From: a virus
Lineage: Duplodnaviria; Caudoviricetes
IMG/VR virus record: IMGVR_UViG_3300032219_000848
Location: 38,178-102,177 of that record
Length of the DNA: 64,000 bases
Reading direction: 5' to 3' (one strand)
In this document: piece by piece, positions 1 through 10,879 of the stretch
How positions within the stretch are numbered: position 1 is the stretch's first letter
Layout of the letters: each line of letters opens with the position of its first letter
Translations under genes and position numbers: made by a program
Notes under the pieces: model-generated
The model's database searches: none
The model's input: only the letters and a program-made list of their open reading frames with translations
What the model was told of the DNA's origin: nothing

Positions 1-284
1 GATAAATCTGCAGACCACTGATTAATTACAGCATTTTTTAAAACTAGTGATAGATCTTTATATATTACCACTAGTTTTTGTAAATCTTCATAACGTTTCT
101 TGAACGCATCCAATCCCAATCCTGAGATTGTATTTTGACCATCAACTTTTTGTTTAATTAATTTAATCTGCGCCTCATTGAGAGCTAAGATTTTATCTTC
201 TAATGGTATTTGTTGATGTTCATTAGTAGATAGTTTATTTAGTTTCTGATCAATCTTATATAATAAACTATCTACTGGGATCAT
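1..284 (-). CDS. Partial conserved crAss-like structural (ring/neck-type) protein, runs off the window start
   Basis: Hand translation MIPVDSLLYKIDQKLNKLSTNEHQQIPLEDKILALNEAQ...KKRYEDLQKLV; ATGA overlap with the preceding gene; position two genes downstream of the capsid gene as in crAss-like phages. Confidence 0.65.
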   Translation of the reverse strand, partial: MIPVDSLLYKIDQKLNKLSTNEHQQIPLEDKILALNEAQIKLIKQKVDGQNTISGLGLDAFKKRYEDLQKLVVIYKDLSLVLKNAVINQWSADL

Positions 285-1249
285 ATCGAAGCTAATTTTT
301 TACCTTTTAATTTTTGTTCTAATACAATAAGCTCATCTTGATTATCATCGTTAGCTAAAAACTTAACTAATTCTTCTTCATCAATTGCAACTTCTAACTC
401 ACCCATATAAATTTTTCCATTTGCTTTCATTCGATAAATGGAGTGAGATAATGCTTGTTTTACCAAGTCTTTAATATGAAGTAAATTTTCCTTCATATCT
501 GCAAAACGATTAAATACCTCTACTGGATTTAATCCTTGGTATTTACCATCTTTTAATTCAGTTTGTTTCAACAAGTTATCAACAAGGTTGTAAACAACTT
601 CTTCTTTAGTATCATCAACTACAGGTAATCCTAACAAACGAGCAACTTTTTTCTTCTTATCAGGAGACATTGCATCAAACTTGATAATAGCTTTGTTGAT
701 TAATTGTTTCTTTTTGTAAACAACCGCATTCTCGATTTCATCATCTACAACATAGAATTGTGTATCTGCAGGAAATTCACCACGTTCCCAAGCCTGATAT
801 GAACTTGCAATCGTTGGATGAACTCGTAACCAAGAAAAAGCAACTTCTTGTAACGTATTAGTGAAATCAAAATAATTATCACCATCTAGTAACTTAACTG
901 GTTGCACATGCATTTCATCAGTTATAGAAGTTGATAAGCCGTAATTCCAAAACTTAGAACGAGGACCAAGATCTACATCGCCTAATTGTAATTCTAATTT
1001 AGCACGTAAATTTGTTACACGTTCAATTTCTAATTCACGTTCTGTCGGATCTTGAATTCTACGAATGTAAGCAGCATTAGGATCTAATCCTGTGCGATAA
1101 TGTCCATCCATTTCCTTGTAAGGATATTTGAAAACTCCTGTTCCAGGAATACGTGTCAAACCTTTTTGTGCAAGTCCAGCTTGCATTGTTTGCAATTGCG
1201 AATTGTTGTAATCTTTCTTAATAGTAGAAATTTTTCCCATTTTACCCAT
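281..1249 (-). CDS. Conserved crAss-like protein downstream of the major capsid gene (gene-75-like)
   Basis: Long ORF; likely start ATG 1249 (MGKMGKI) behind an A/C-rich leader rather than the track start 1294; synteny with the capsid gene. Confidence 0.65.
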   Translation of the reverse strand: MGKMGKISTIKKDYNNSQLQTMQAGLAQKGLTRIPGTGVFKYPYKEMDGHYRTGLDPNAAYIRRIQDPTERELEIERVTNLRAKLELQLGDVDLGPRSKFWNYGLSTSITDEMHVQPVKLLDGDNYFDFTNTLQEVAFSWLRVHPTIASSYQAWERGEFPADTQFYVVDDEIENAVVYKKKQLINKAIIKFDAMSPDKKKKVARLLGLPVVDDTKEEVVYNLVDNLLKQTELKDGKYQGLNPVEVFNRFADMKENLLHIKDLVKQALSHSIYRMKANGKIYMGELEVAIDEEELVKFLANDDNQDELIVLEQKLKGKKLASI

Positions 1250-1416
1250 AGTATGTAGTTGTTTTAATTGGTTTTTTAGCAGAGTGCTATCCATCGAAGG
1301 AATAGCGACAATAGTCCAAGCACTCTATATTCAAGAACACTCTCCCTCATAGGAGGGAGGAGAGAGGGAGAGGTTCTTGTGCTTTCGATTGAAAGCTAGG
1401 GCTGTTGCCCCATGTA

Positions 1417-2970
1417 TTAGAACTGAGGTATTTCTTCAATCAAGACTGTGCGAGACAAGTCTTCAATAAACACATCACAACGATCTTTCATCCAGATTTC
1501 GTATCCTGGGAATTTGTTAGCACTTGACATACCTTGAGATTTTGCAAATCCTAAGTGGTGACGAGTACCATCGATATAACCCCAAGTCATAGAAGGAGCA
1601 CCCTTCATACGTACTTCACGGATGTTGTTAATCATAGAACCATCAGACATTGGAGAAACGTCAAACACCATAAATACTGGAGTAGACTTCTTGTTTTGTC
1701 CAAATTCTAAGTTAGATTGAGGAAGGTCTAATTCTTTTAAGTGAATTAACTCAACACGACCAGTCTCACGAGTAACCATTGCATCGAATGCAAAGTTGTA
1801 AGTGATGTGTTGTCCTTCTCCTTGCATATAACGATTACCTGAATCAGCCATGAAAGTAAGACCTGAATTCAATGCATCATTTTTCAAAGCTTGTTGGAAC
1901 ACGTCAAAACCAGCTTCGTTAGTGTACATTTTAACACGGCGATCTTTAACATCCACACGTCTGTAGAATAAATCACCAAATACCGAACGAATCAAGTTAG
2001 CAGTGAATTCTCCACGGTTGTATTGTACTAAGTTACCGTTGTTACGCATTCTGTGATAAACACCAGCAGATGTACGCTTTAAGTTTTGTTGAGAACCACT
2101 AGTCTTAACTGTACCTGGCTTAGACCAGATCATACGCTTAACTTTTAATTCTAACATAGACTTACGCATCCAGAATTCAATAAACGGTTCCCATTTAACA
2201 TCATTACGAGTTAAAGGTAATTGGTTACGTCTTTGTGGAGCATATACTAAAATATCTAATGCTTTACCAGAAGCATCAACCATCATCTTATCATCAGCCC
2301 ATTCAGTAATCTTGTGCTCATAACCATATGCAGAACCTAATGATTCAAACATTGTGATTTGCTCACCTAAACGAGGCAATCCTAATAAGTCTTGATCAAA
2401 CTCACCAATAACTGCATCAATTAATTCTAATTCAATACCAAGTTGTAAGAATGTAGAAGAAACGAAATCAACTGTTGGATTATCAGAAATCAAAGTGAAA
2501 GTGTACAAGTAACCTGCGTTGTAAGGAACTGGATCTTTGATAACAAAGAAACGAGGACCATACTGACGAGTACCTACTGATACTACAGCATTCTTAGAGA
2601 ATTCATTAGTATCAATAACTAAAGAAAATTCCTGACCATCAATACCTGGTTTCTCAAAAGCTAGAGTAGTAGCAGGAATGTCAATGACTTTAGGAAATTT
2701 GTAAGGAACTGCGATTTGCCACTTCCAAGCATCACTGTTGTTGTCAATGTAATACGGAGTTGACTTGTTGATCATGTCCAAGAAGTCATTACTATACAAT
2801 GAACTCTGAGTGTACAAGCTGATAATTTTCTTATCGTAGTCTGCAGGCTCAGTTGAGTGAAAGCTTTCCAAGTGGTTAGAATCTGTCAACTTACCAACTG
2901 CACGTTTGTCCATAGACGCAACGCGAGCGTAAGTAAAGCCAGTTAAACCTGGAATTGTTTGAATTGCCAT
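1417..2970 (-). CDS. Major capsid protein (HK97 fold, crAss-like)
   Basis: 517 aa; crAss MCP-like N-terminus (LTDSNHL) and C-terminus (IEDLSRTVLIEE); codon usage suggesting high expression; order TerL-portal-X-MCP. Confidence 0.85.
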   Translation of the reverse strand: MAIQTIPGLTGFTYARVASMDKRAVGKLTDSNHLESFHSTEPADYDKKIISLYTQSSLYSNDFLDMINKSTPYYIDNNSDAWKWQIAVPYKFPKVIDIPATTLAFEKPGIDGQEFSLVIDTNEFSKNAVVSVGTRQYGPRFFVIKDPVPYNAGYLYTFTLISDNPTVDFVSSTFLQLGIELELIDAVIGEFDQDLLGLPRLGEQITMFESLGSAYGYEHKITEWADDKMMVDASGKALDILVYAPQRRNQLPLTRNDVKWEPFIEFWMRKSMLELKVKRMIWSKPGTVKTSGSQQNLKRTSAGVYHRMRNNGNLVQYNRGEFTANLIRSVFGDLFYRRVDVKDRRVKMYTNEAGFDVFQQALKNDALNSGLTFMADSGNRYMQGEGQHITYNFAFDAMVTRETGRVELIHLKELDLPQSNLEFGQNKKSTPVFMVFDVSPMSDGSMINNIREVRMKGAPSMTWGYIDGTRHHLGFAKSQGMSSANKFPGYEIWMKDRCDVFIEDLSRTVLIEEIPQF

Positions 2971-3006
2971 TTGTTTGTTTTGTTTAAATTAAAAAAATAT
3001 TACGTG

Positions 3007-4254
3007 TTATGAAAACCAAGATGTTGGCGTTGATGATTTAGATTTCCCTATACCTTTAGAAGCTTGACGAGCAACCTCTCCAAACAACTCATTTGACTTC
3101 TTAGAGATTCCTGATTTTTGAATTGTTGATAATGTAGGATCCTTTTCTAGGATTTTCAAAAGTAGTGCCACTTTTACCTTCATCTCATGATTCTCAGGAC
3201 GCTTTAAGTCGAGAATGGTTCTATCAAAATCTGTTAATGTTTCTCCAGATCCTGTTTTCCATTTCTCAGCCAAAAGGAAATCTTGTAGTTCACCAGCTAA
3301 TTTTGGGTTAAGAGGAATGCCATCAAACTCTTTAGTTTTTAGCTTCTCTTGTAAAACTGTTGTTACATTTTGTTGATACTGTTGTTTATAAGCAGCTTGA
3401 CGTTGTAACTCTACAGTTCTGTCTTGTTCTAATTTTTGTAGCTTCGCAGCTTCTTTTTTAATTAGAACCTTATGATGTTTTCCAGCAACGCTTTCAAGAT
3501 CACCATAATTTTGAAGTCTTTCAACTTCTGTTGTTATATCTTCAGGATCAAAACCTTGATCAGCTAAAGCTTGTTTAAGTATTGCTATTTGATTTGATTC
3601 TTGAGATAAGTCCATCTCAGAGAAATTTTGAATAGCATCATATGTACCGAAATATTCTTTAGGATTTACACCCTTAACAAAGATAGCATCAAATGCACTT
3701 TGATAGTCTTCTCCAAATTGTCCAATGAAGTTTTGTACCACTTCAATTGCACCTTTTTTTTTCTCAACTTCAAAACGTTCTAAGAACTCTTCTGCAGAAT
3801 TAACAGAAGTATCTTCTTCTCCATCTTCTTTTGTAAAAACACCAAGTTTAAAAAGATCTCGTGATAGAGCAGTGAACTGATTACTTGCTGCATCATCATC
3901 TTCTTCTTCTTCTTCTTCTGGAGCATCTTCAGCTTTTTTAGCCTTAGGAGTTACAGCAGGAACATCATCTTCTTCCTCGTCATCATCATTTCCTAATAAG
4001 AAATCTTGAATTGATTTAGAAGCATCTTCTTCTTTTTTATCATCAGCATCATCTTCTGTTTTAGTAGAAGGTGCTTTTTTAGTGGGAGCAACTGCTGCAG
4101 GTTGTGCATCAATCTTTTGTACATCATCAGGATCAGCGGTAGAAGTATCAGGACTCATTAAGTCATTTAATAACTCTGCGTTTCCCATTCCCATTTCCAT
4201 GGTGTTCTCAATGCTAAAATTCCCAAATCCTGGGTTTTCTAAATTATCGGCCAT
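3007..4254 (-). CDS. Acidic scaffold-like protein between portal and capsid
   Basis: Very D/E-rich N-half, coiled-coil C-half; conserved position in crAss-like head modules. Confidence 0.6.
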   Translation of the reverse strand: MADNLENPGFGNFSIENTMEMGMGNAELLNDLMSPDTSTADPDDVQKIDAQPAAVAPTKKAPSTKTEDDADDKKEEDASKSIQDFLLGNDDDEEEDDVPAVTPKAKKAEDAPEEEEEEDDDAASNQFTALSRDLFKLGVFTKEDGEEDTSVNSAEEFLERFEVEKKKGAIEVVQNFIGQFGEDYQSAFDAIFVKGVNPKEYFGTYDAIQNFSEMDLSQESNQIAILKQALADQGFDPEDITTEVERLQNYGDLESVAGKHHKVLIKKEAAKLQKLEQDRTVELQRQAAYKQQYQQNVTTVLQEKLKTKEFDGIPLNPKLAGELQDFLLAEKWKTGSGETLTDFDRTILDLKRPENHEMKVKVALLLKILEKDPTLSTIQKSGISKKSNELFGEVARQASKGIGKSKSSTPTSWFS

Positions 4255-4394
4255 ACGTAGTTTAATTTTTAATTGGTTTTTCGATATAAAAGTATATTAC
4301 ATTAATTTAATAACAAAGAGTAAATCTGCTATGGAGCTGAATATTCTGCATAATATAGCATTAATGAAATTTACTCTAATCTAATTGATTAGAA

Positions 4395-6977
4395 TTACTT
4401 GGATTTAGAACCTCTATTACGTGCATTAATTTTTGCAATTTCTAAATCGTTTGCTTGATTTTTTAAATCTGTAGCAATCTTTTCACGCTCTATTTGCATT
4501 TTTTGAGCATCTGCTCTTGTTTTATTAGCAATGTCTGCCATCTTAGTTTGATAATCTTTAGAAGCTTTAGATTGTTCACTTGCTAATTTATCTATTTCTA
4601 ATACATCAGCAGTACCAGAAGTGTCTACATCTGTTAAAGGACCTGCTTTAGATTCAGCAGCAATCATTGCAATTTCAATCTTATTAATTCTATCTAACTC
4701 ATTTTGATAATCATCATGAGCAATTTTTTCAGCTTGCATCTGTTGAGCTTGTTGTATTTGAGCTTGAGCAATTTGTTGTTGTTGCTCTAGTTGCTGCTGT
4801 TGTTGTTGCATCTTCTGATCTTCAAGTTGTTCTTGACGCTCTTTAAGAGTCTTAAACACCTTCTTCATATCACGAATAGAGTTTGTGCTATATAATTCAA
4901 TAATGTCATGTAATGAACCACCATTTTGTAAAACAGCTTGAGATAATCCTCTAATCTCATTAAACATTTGTTTATCTTCTGGACGATTAGTTAAGAACAC
5001 TTTAAGATCTCTAAACTTAAGATCTGTTCCATTCACTTGTACAAATGCTGATTCTCCTTCAGATGTAATGTATGAAATAGTAGATTGTGGTTTAGCACTT
5101 TCTACATATAATGAAGCATCAATGATTGCTTGGTACAACTGACCTAGTACATACTCGTGTGCTACGAATAATGGTTCTGTTTGCGAGTAAGATTGTGTGA
5201 TGGCAGTGTTAGTACCTGTAGCAGTTTCAGAAGCTGAAACAGATCCCATACGCTGTCTAGACATACCAATAAGTTCCCAACATTCATTCTTTAACTGGAT
5301 AGCTAAATTATAACGAGATTGGATTTCTTGTGTACGTGTTAAATCAATATCACGGAATTGATTGAATGAACTTGGAGACTTTAAGTTCTCTGGACTATCA
5401 TCAATAAACATAACACCTCTATTACGTGCTTCCATCTCCCATATGTCAAGAGCATCTTGTGCATCTCCATCTTTAGGAATAGGAATGTGTCTGATAGATG
5501 TTAAATAAACCTTACCAACTTCTTTCTCTAATAATTTGTACAATTGATTCATACAAACATTATAAAGAACCTGGAATGGTTTCATTAAGTCTACTAAAGA
5601 TTTAGCTTCCGTATTCTTAACCTCGTGCACTACACCAATGATTGGGCAGTAGTTTAATAACTTAAATGGTTTAATGTGATAAATATCTGGTCCAATCTTT
5701 ATACCCTGATACCATTGATTGATCCATCCCCACTCTAATGATTGTTCTGTAGGAATTGTACCTTTCTTATAATTCTCATCAACTAGCATTGACTGCTCAT
5801 TACCCATTTCATCTGTGTAGATGAGTTTACCAATTTTCTTTTTAGAAATCCAATAACATCTTACAACAACATATTTATATCCGAATGAAGAAACATTATT
5901 TGTTAGTCCTAAAAAGTCTTTCAAACCATCATTGTTTTCTTTCATTTCTGATTCAATAATCATACGTGTTTGTAACACAGCAGGATCGTATGTATCATAT
6001 TGTACAGAGTCTGTACCTGGAATTGCATCTGGATTACCTAAGTTAGATTCACGAACATTAATCAAACCATAGTCTTGTAATGATGATCTTAAATGATCAA
6101 TTTCTTCTTTTGTAATATCTGGAATAGCTTCAATAATCTCAGACAATTCCATAACTTGTACAGTGCCTGCAGCATACGCGCCTTGTGCACGTCCTGTTGG
6201 ATCTGAAATGTATTTACGATCTGGTGTAGATAGGAACCATGTATTCTTAGGATTGGCCACTTCTATATTATATCCCACCTTAGAGTTATCCTCATATATG
6301 TGATAATATTCACGTGCAGAAATTAACATATCACGAAATGCATCTTCTGATTTTTCTTTAAGAACAAAATCTGCTTTCTGACATGTAAGTACATGGTTAG
6401 CCCATTTCTCTGCTATAGATGTATAAGAGTCAAGTTCATCTTGAACTTCTTGCATTGTCATTTGTTGTAATTGCTCTTCCTCAATTTCTTCTCCTGCAAT
6501 TGCTGCTTTTTCTAAAATCTTTTGTTTAGCTTGGTTCATTACAAACTCTTGTAAAATACCAGTTTTAAACTCTAGTTCTTCTGCTTTAGAATCATCATCA
6601 AATGCTTTAACACGGAAAGCATCAGGACGCTTAGAGATCTCGCCTACAAGCTCGTTTATTGGAGTTGTAATGATAGAATAATGTTTTACATATGCTGGTA
6701 AAGCTAGATCAGCTGTAAGCATATCTGTAAAACTTCTCACTTCAGGTTCTTGATAAAAATCTTCTGGACGTAAAATGCCTTTTATTAAATCGTAATTCTT
6801 AACAAACGTATCACGATTTTTAATATACTCCGAATAGGCTTTATTCGCAAAATAGTCCATTGTGTTTTTAATCCAACTTTCATCTTGCTTTTCCTTTTCA
6901 GTTTTGAATTGATCAGGGAAGATGTTTAGATATGCATACCTAATTGTTGCATCTTTTGTATATCTAATAATTGCCAT
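4395..6977 (-). CDS. Portal protein
   Basis: 860 aa directly after TerL; Q-rich coiled-coil C-terminus; SLVDLMKPFQ..YN and ETATG motifs typical of P22/crAss-like portals. Confidence 0.85.
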   Translation of the reverse strand: MAIIRYTKDATIRYAYLNIFPDQFKTEKEKQDESWIKNTMDYFANKAYSEYIKNRDTFVKNYDLIKGILRPEDFYQEPEVRSFTDMLTADLALPAYVKHYSIITTPINELVGEISKRPDAFRVKAFDDDSKAEELEFKTGILQEFVMNQAKQKILEKAAIAGEEIEEEQLQQMTMQEVQDELDSYTSIAEKWANHVLTCQKADFVLKEKSEDAFRDMLISAREYYHIYEDNSKVGYNIEVANPKNTWFLSTPDRKYISDPTGRAQGAYAAGTVQVMELSEIIEAIPDITKEEIDHLRSSLQDYGLINVRESNLGNPDAIPGTDSVQYDTYDPAVLQTRMIIESEMKENNDGLKDFLGLTNNVSSFGYKYVVVRCYWISKKKIGKLIYTDEMGNEQSMLVDENYKKGTIPTEQSLEWGWINQWYQGIKIGPDIYHIKPFKLLNYCPIIGVVHEVKNTEAKSLVDLMKPFQVLYNVCMNQLYKLLEKEVGKVYLTSIRHIPIPKDGDAQDALDIWEMEARNRGVMFIDDSPENLKSPSSFNQFRDIDLTRTQEIQSRYNLAIQLKNECWELIGMSRQRMGSVSASETATGTNTAITQSYSQTEPLFVAHEYVLGQLYQAIIDASLYVESAKPQSTISYITSEGESAFVQVNGTDLKFRDLKVFLTNRPEDKQMFNEIRGLSQAVLQNGGSLHDIIELYSTNSIRDMKKVFKTLKERQEQLEDQKMQQQQQQLEQQQQIAQAQIQQAQQMQAEKIAHDDYQNELDRINKIEIAMIAAESKAGPLTDVDTSGTADVLEIDKLASEQSKASKDYQTKMADIANKTRADAQKMQIEREKIATDLKNQANDLEIAKINARNRGSKSK

Positions 6978-9001
6978 TATGTAAACAGTTTATGTTTTTT
7001 TGTTTCTGAAAATAGACCATTACTACTTCCAAATAATTTATTATTTTTCTTCTTAGCGTACATAGCTTGTACTCTAACATCACCACCTGCACCAATTCTA
7101 CCCATTATAGGATCAAGTTTCATAGCCATAGCCACTGCAAGTTCTGCTGCAATAATACGGTCAAAGTTACCTTCTTCATTATACTGAATCATTTCTTCTA
7201 ATAATACAGGATCAAAAATTTTAACCATACCCTTCACTTCAGATTTAATCTCTCCCTCTTCATTTTTTTCTGAGATGATAACTTCTTCTGTATATTTTTT
7301 AAGACATCCATGTAAGAAATCTCTAATCTTTTCAGAAGATCTATGTATTCCATATTCACGTCTCACTGTTGTATTAGGTACAACTTCTTTCAACCACTCT
7401 GGTTGCTTTTCTAAATAATGAGCATCGTTCTTAGAAATCATATAATCAATGAAAGACATCTCATCATTCTCGACAAGAGCTCTTGCATTATAGTATTTAA
7501 TGAGGAGACGAGCTTGCTCATCCCATGTTTCCTTTTTGTCTGGACGTGCACAATAGGATGCAACGAACATATCTTGATACTTTTCATTTGTAATTGAGTG
7601 CATACGTTTATATATGTATACAGATCCTAACGATGTTGAATATGCAGCTTTACCTTGACGGTACGGATCGACTCCTGCTACATATAGTCCGTAAGGTGGG
7701 GATTCTATAGGAAACTCATACACTATTACAGGAGCATCCTTCATGTCTGAGTTTTTAAGAGGGAAGTTGGAGATGGGTAGCTTGTCTGTGAATTCATGCT
7801 TAACACCTTCTCCATCATCATATAGCACAACTGGTGTACCTGTTCGCTCTTGAGATAAGAGTCTGGCCTTTTGTCGTTTTGCTCCCTCTATATCAAAGAT
7901 GTTACTGTCCTCATTTAAGAATATATCATCCACCTCTTGTGGATAGTACATCTTCTCTTTTAAATAAGCAATTCTATCTCCTGCTTTCTTGAGTCTTTCT
8001 AAATTTTCGTTGGTTATTTTTGTAGCTACTTCTTCATCAGAAACTAACATTTTCACATTATGTAAATCATCACCTTTAGGTAGGTCTAAATACGCTCCTA
8101 ATGTAGAGTCGTATTTAGCTTCCATTCTAAACTTATGTGAAATGAATAACCCGTGTATACGAGATTCATCTTTGGCATTATTGTATTCTAAGAAATTGTA
8201 GTTACCTACATCAAACATCAAGGACTTAGCGTCCATGAATTTCTTCATATCCCCACCTGTTCCCGTAAGAATTGGTGCACAACCCCAGCCAAAGGGTGTT
8301 GTGAAACCTGGAACAGCCGCTTGAAAACCTCGTAGGAAACTTCCTTTACCAATTTCATCTATAATTAATCTTCTAGGCTTTGTACCTGCAATAGCCTCTT
8401 CGTTATTACCTTCGTCAAGGTTACGTATTAATATTTGTGAAAAGGGGATACGTTGTCCTCCTCTTGTTTTTACACCTAGCGTTACTTGATTCTTCCAATT
8501 ATCCTCAACTCTTTGCCACTGCCATGCAGCAGGAAGATGATTAAGTCCTTTGTCAATCTTGTCTGTAATTAGCTTTATATCAGCTGCATTTAGTCCAGCT
8601 ATAATGTTCTGTGAGTTCTCATCAAAGGTTGCTCCATGTGACACATATGATGCCTCAATCACACTCTTAGCAAAACGTCTGATTCCTAAAATAACTAAAC
8701 CTTTACGTTCTTTTTGAGCTCTATCAATTTCTGTTGATACCACCCACTCATTATCTCTTAAAGAAGGGTTAGCATATTTCTGTGCTATTCTACCATATTC
8801 ATCTATAACATCCACCTCTGTATGCCATGCATTTAGATGCCAATATAGAAAAGGATTAATATATACATCTCCCATCATTGCACCATTCTTACACAGCTCC
8901 TCATGAAATGCAAAAAAAGAATCATACTCCTCAGATTCTTTATCTGGAAGACGCTTCTGGTTCATTAACCAATCCTTATAATCTATTTTAAGAAGTTCCA
9001 C
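6977..9001 (-). CDS. terL: Terminase large subunit
   Basis: Walker A-like RRFAKS, Walker B LIIDEIGK, motif III TGTGG, nuclease GVDPY and FDRIIA. Confidence 0.9.
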   Translation of the reverse strand: MELLKIDYKDWLMNQKRLPDKESEEYDSFFAFHEELCKNGAMMGDVYINPFLYWHLNAWHTEVDVIDEYGRIAQKYANPSLRDNEWVVSTEIDRAQKERKGLVILGIRRFAKSVIEASYVSHGATFDENSQNIIAGLNAADIKLITDKIDKGLNHLPAAWQWQRVEDNWKNQVTLGVKTRGGQRIPFSQILIRNLDEGNNEEAIAGTKPRRLIIDEIGKGSFLRGFQAAVPGFTTPFGWGCAPILTGTGGDMKKFMDAKSLMFDVGNYNFLEYNNAKDESRIHGLFISHKFRMEAKYDSTLGAYLDLPKGDDLHNVKMLVSDEEVATKITNENLERLKKAGDRIAYLKEKMYYPQEVDDIFLNEDSNIFDIEGAKRQKARLLSQERTGTPVVLYDDGEGVKHEFTDKLPISNFPLKNSDMKDAPVIVYEFPIESPPYGLYVAGVDPYRQGKAAYSTSLGSVYIYKRMHSITNEKYQDMFVASYCARPDKKETWDEQARLLIKYYNARALVENDEMSFIDYMISKNDAHYLEKQPEWLKEVVPNTTVRREYGIHRSSEKIRDFLHGCLKKYTEEVIISEKNEEGEIKSEVKGMVKIFDPVLLEEMIQYNEEGNFDRIIAAELAVAMAMKLDPIMGRIGAGGDVRVQAMYAKKKNNKLFGSSNGLFSETKKHKLFT

Positions 9002-9326
9002 TACGTTCTTTTAAAAACTTATCAGCTTTAGATCCTAATGCTGATCCCCCTCTTACTTCAACCTTAGCTTCTTCTTTCTCTCTAAGTTTATCTACCACTT
9101 CGAGGAGAGCTAAATAGTTCTTCATGGTCTCTTGTATAAACTTACCTTGAGCTTCTATAGATGCAATCACCATAGGTAACATACCTCCTTTAGAAGTTGG
9201 TTTCCACTCAATCCTATCTACAAGTGTGTGCATAGGATGAGCATCAACATATTGTCTCCAAGATTTGAGTTGTTCCTCAGCCCATTCAAGCTCAGTGTTA
9301 ATATATGTAGTTTTCTTTAGTGCCAT
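8988..9326 (-). CDS. Hypothetical protein, candidate small terminase
   Basis: Overlaps the terL start; helical; function inferred from position only. Confidence 0.4.
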   Translation of the reverse strand: MALKKTTYINTELEWAEEQLKSWRQYVDAHPMHTLVDRIEWKPTSKGGMLPMVIASIEAQGKFIQETMKNYLALLEVVDKLREKEEAKVEVRGGSALGSKADKFLKERSGTS

Positions 9327-9331
9327 ATAGT

Positions 9332-9607
9332 TTAGTCGTTATCCTCGTCATCATCTAGAATTGTATCTAGATTCATTCCTTCTCTTATAATCTTATCTAT
9401 TTCTGAACCATCTAAATGAGGAATATCTTGCATCAATTCTGCTTTGTATTTTGACAGAGCGTAAACCATTTCCCTATCTGTCATTCCCCATATGTCTTTG
9501 TATTCATATAGAGCTGTTGATAAATGTCTTCCTAAATTATATGTAGGAAATGCTTTTTGTAAATCTTCTAAAATCTTTAAAGCTTGTTGATAGGGGGTTA
9601 AGTTCAT
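9332..9607 (-). CDS. Hypothetical protein
   Basis: Tightly packed in the minus-strand operon. Confidence 0.6.
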   Translation of the reverse strand: MNLTPYQQALKILEDLQKAFPTYNLGRHLSTALYEYKDIWGMTDREMVYALSKYKAELMQDIPHLDGSEIDKIIREGMNLDTILDDDEDND

Positions 9608-9616
9608 AGGGGGGAT

Positions 9617-9886
9617 TTAAATTAAATCATTGATGTCATCCTCAGAGAATTTTGAATCCTCCTCGTTAAAATCAATATCTTCAATGCTGTCCTGAATTAA
9701 TTCAAAATCATCAGACTCTTGCATTTCTTTACACATATATTCTTTTGTAAAAATGACAGAAAGTTTTCCTTCTTCTTCATCTGTGTTAACTAAGTCAACA
9801 TAGTCTATTCCTTTATTATATAAGTCTACAAAAACATCTATAATTTCATCTAAAGAAATCTTTTTTATTAACACTTTCTTAGCCAT
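9617..9886 (-). CDS. Hypothetical acidic protein
   Basis: Operon packing; D/E-rich C-terminus. Confidence 0.6.
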   Translation of the reverse strand: MAKKVLIKKISLDEIIDVFVDLYNKGIDYVDLVNTDEEEGKLSVIFTKEYMCKEMQESDDFELIQDSIEDIDFNEEDSKFSEDDINDLI

Positions 9887-10178
9887 TGTTTACGTCTTTT
9901 TTTAATTGATCTTCTTCTTCTGGGTTTGACATTACAGCTTCCCATTTATCTTTTGGACATGAGCACGATAAACATGCTGTCTTTGCTTCTAAATTACAAC
10001 CACAATCTGTACAGTGATTATCTGGTCTTAATGGTGTCTTATGAAACTTAGAATGAAAAGGGCATACACTACATATTGCTAAACGTTCTTGTGATACATC
10101 ATGTATCAATGTTTTCATTTTTGTAGGAGGAACTAACTTATTGCGCCATCCCTCGTACACTTGGCTAAAGTTAATCAT
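9879..10178 (-). CDS. Cys-rich (Zn-binding) hypothetical protein
   Basis: CxxC, CxxCGC and CxxxxCP..KW motifs. Confidence 0.6.
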   Translation of the reverse strand: MINFSQVYEGWRNKLVPPTKMKTLIHDVSQERLAICSVCPFHSKFHKTPLRPDNHCTDCGCNLEAKTACLSCSCPKDKWEAVMSNPEEEDQLKKDVNNG

Positions 10179-10527
10179 TGGTTGGTTTTATTTTTGGTTT
10201 TAATATTCTTATTTGTATTGTCAATATATCTATAGCATCCTGTATCTTTTTTACATCTACAGTTGTATTTAGTTCTAATTGTTTTTGGGCTTTTTCTAAT
10301 TTAGCTTCTAATGCTGCTAATTTCTTTATTGCCTTCTTATTATTAAATATAATACGTCCAAATCCAGAAAATTCTAAAGAATGATTTGTGTCCATTGCCT
10401 CATTAGCTGATTGAAACTGATGATTAACTACAGTTTCTATAATCTTCTCTGAGACAGCAAGCTTTATAGACAATGCCCTAACAAGGTATTCCTTATGGGA
10501 CATACTCTTTGGCTTATTATACTCCAT
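10171..10527 (-). CDS. HU/IHF-like DNA-binding protein
   Basis: Helix-helix followed by SLEFSGFGRI, resembling the HU/IHF GFG motif. Confidence 0.55.
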   Translation of the reverse strand: MEYNKPKSMSHKEYLVRALSIKLAVSEKIIETVVNHQFQSANEAMDTNHSLEFSGFGRIIFNNKKAIKKLAALEAKLEKAQKQLELNTTVDVKKIQDAIDILTIQIRILKPKIKPTND

Positions 10528-10879
10528 GCTCTAACTTTATCTCTAATGTAATGTTCTCTGAGAATGGTAGAATAATAACAGGATTAACTTTAATCTTTGT
10601 CCCATCCTTAACTAATACACCAACCTTCTTAAGCTTTGATATAATGTTGTTGATTGTAGGAGATGTAGAATTATACTTATCACAAAACTCTTCCCTTATA
10701 CTACTATAAGAAATATTACCATGTATAGCTGTAAATGCTACTAATTGTATTTCTCTTGTTGTAAGGTTTAGACTATTAACTGTAGATAATAAACTATAAT
10801 ACTTTTCAGCTATAGCATAATTATCATCTACACTCCTTTTTAACTTTTGTACAATTACCTTTTTCTTAATCTCTTCCAT
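10517..10879 (-). CDS. Winged-helix DNA-binding protein
   Basis: LTTREIQLV...TINNIISKLKKVGVLVK...VNP wHTH pattern. Confidence 0.55.
   Translation of the reverse strand: MEEIKKKVIVQKLKRSVDDNYAIAEKYYSLLSTVNSLNLTTREIQLVAFTAIHGNISYSSIREEFCDKYNSTSPTINNIISKLKKVGVLVKDGTKIKVNPVIILPFSENITLEIKLEHGV

Noticed and set aside
4730-4830. CAG/CAA-rich low-complexity stretch
   Set aside because: Ordinary Gln-rich coiled coil of the portal protein
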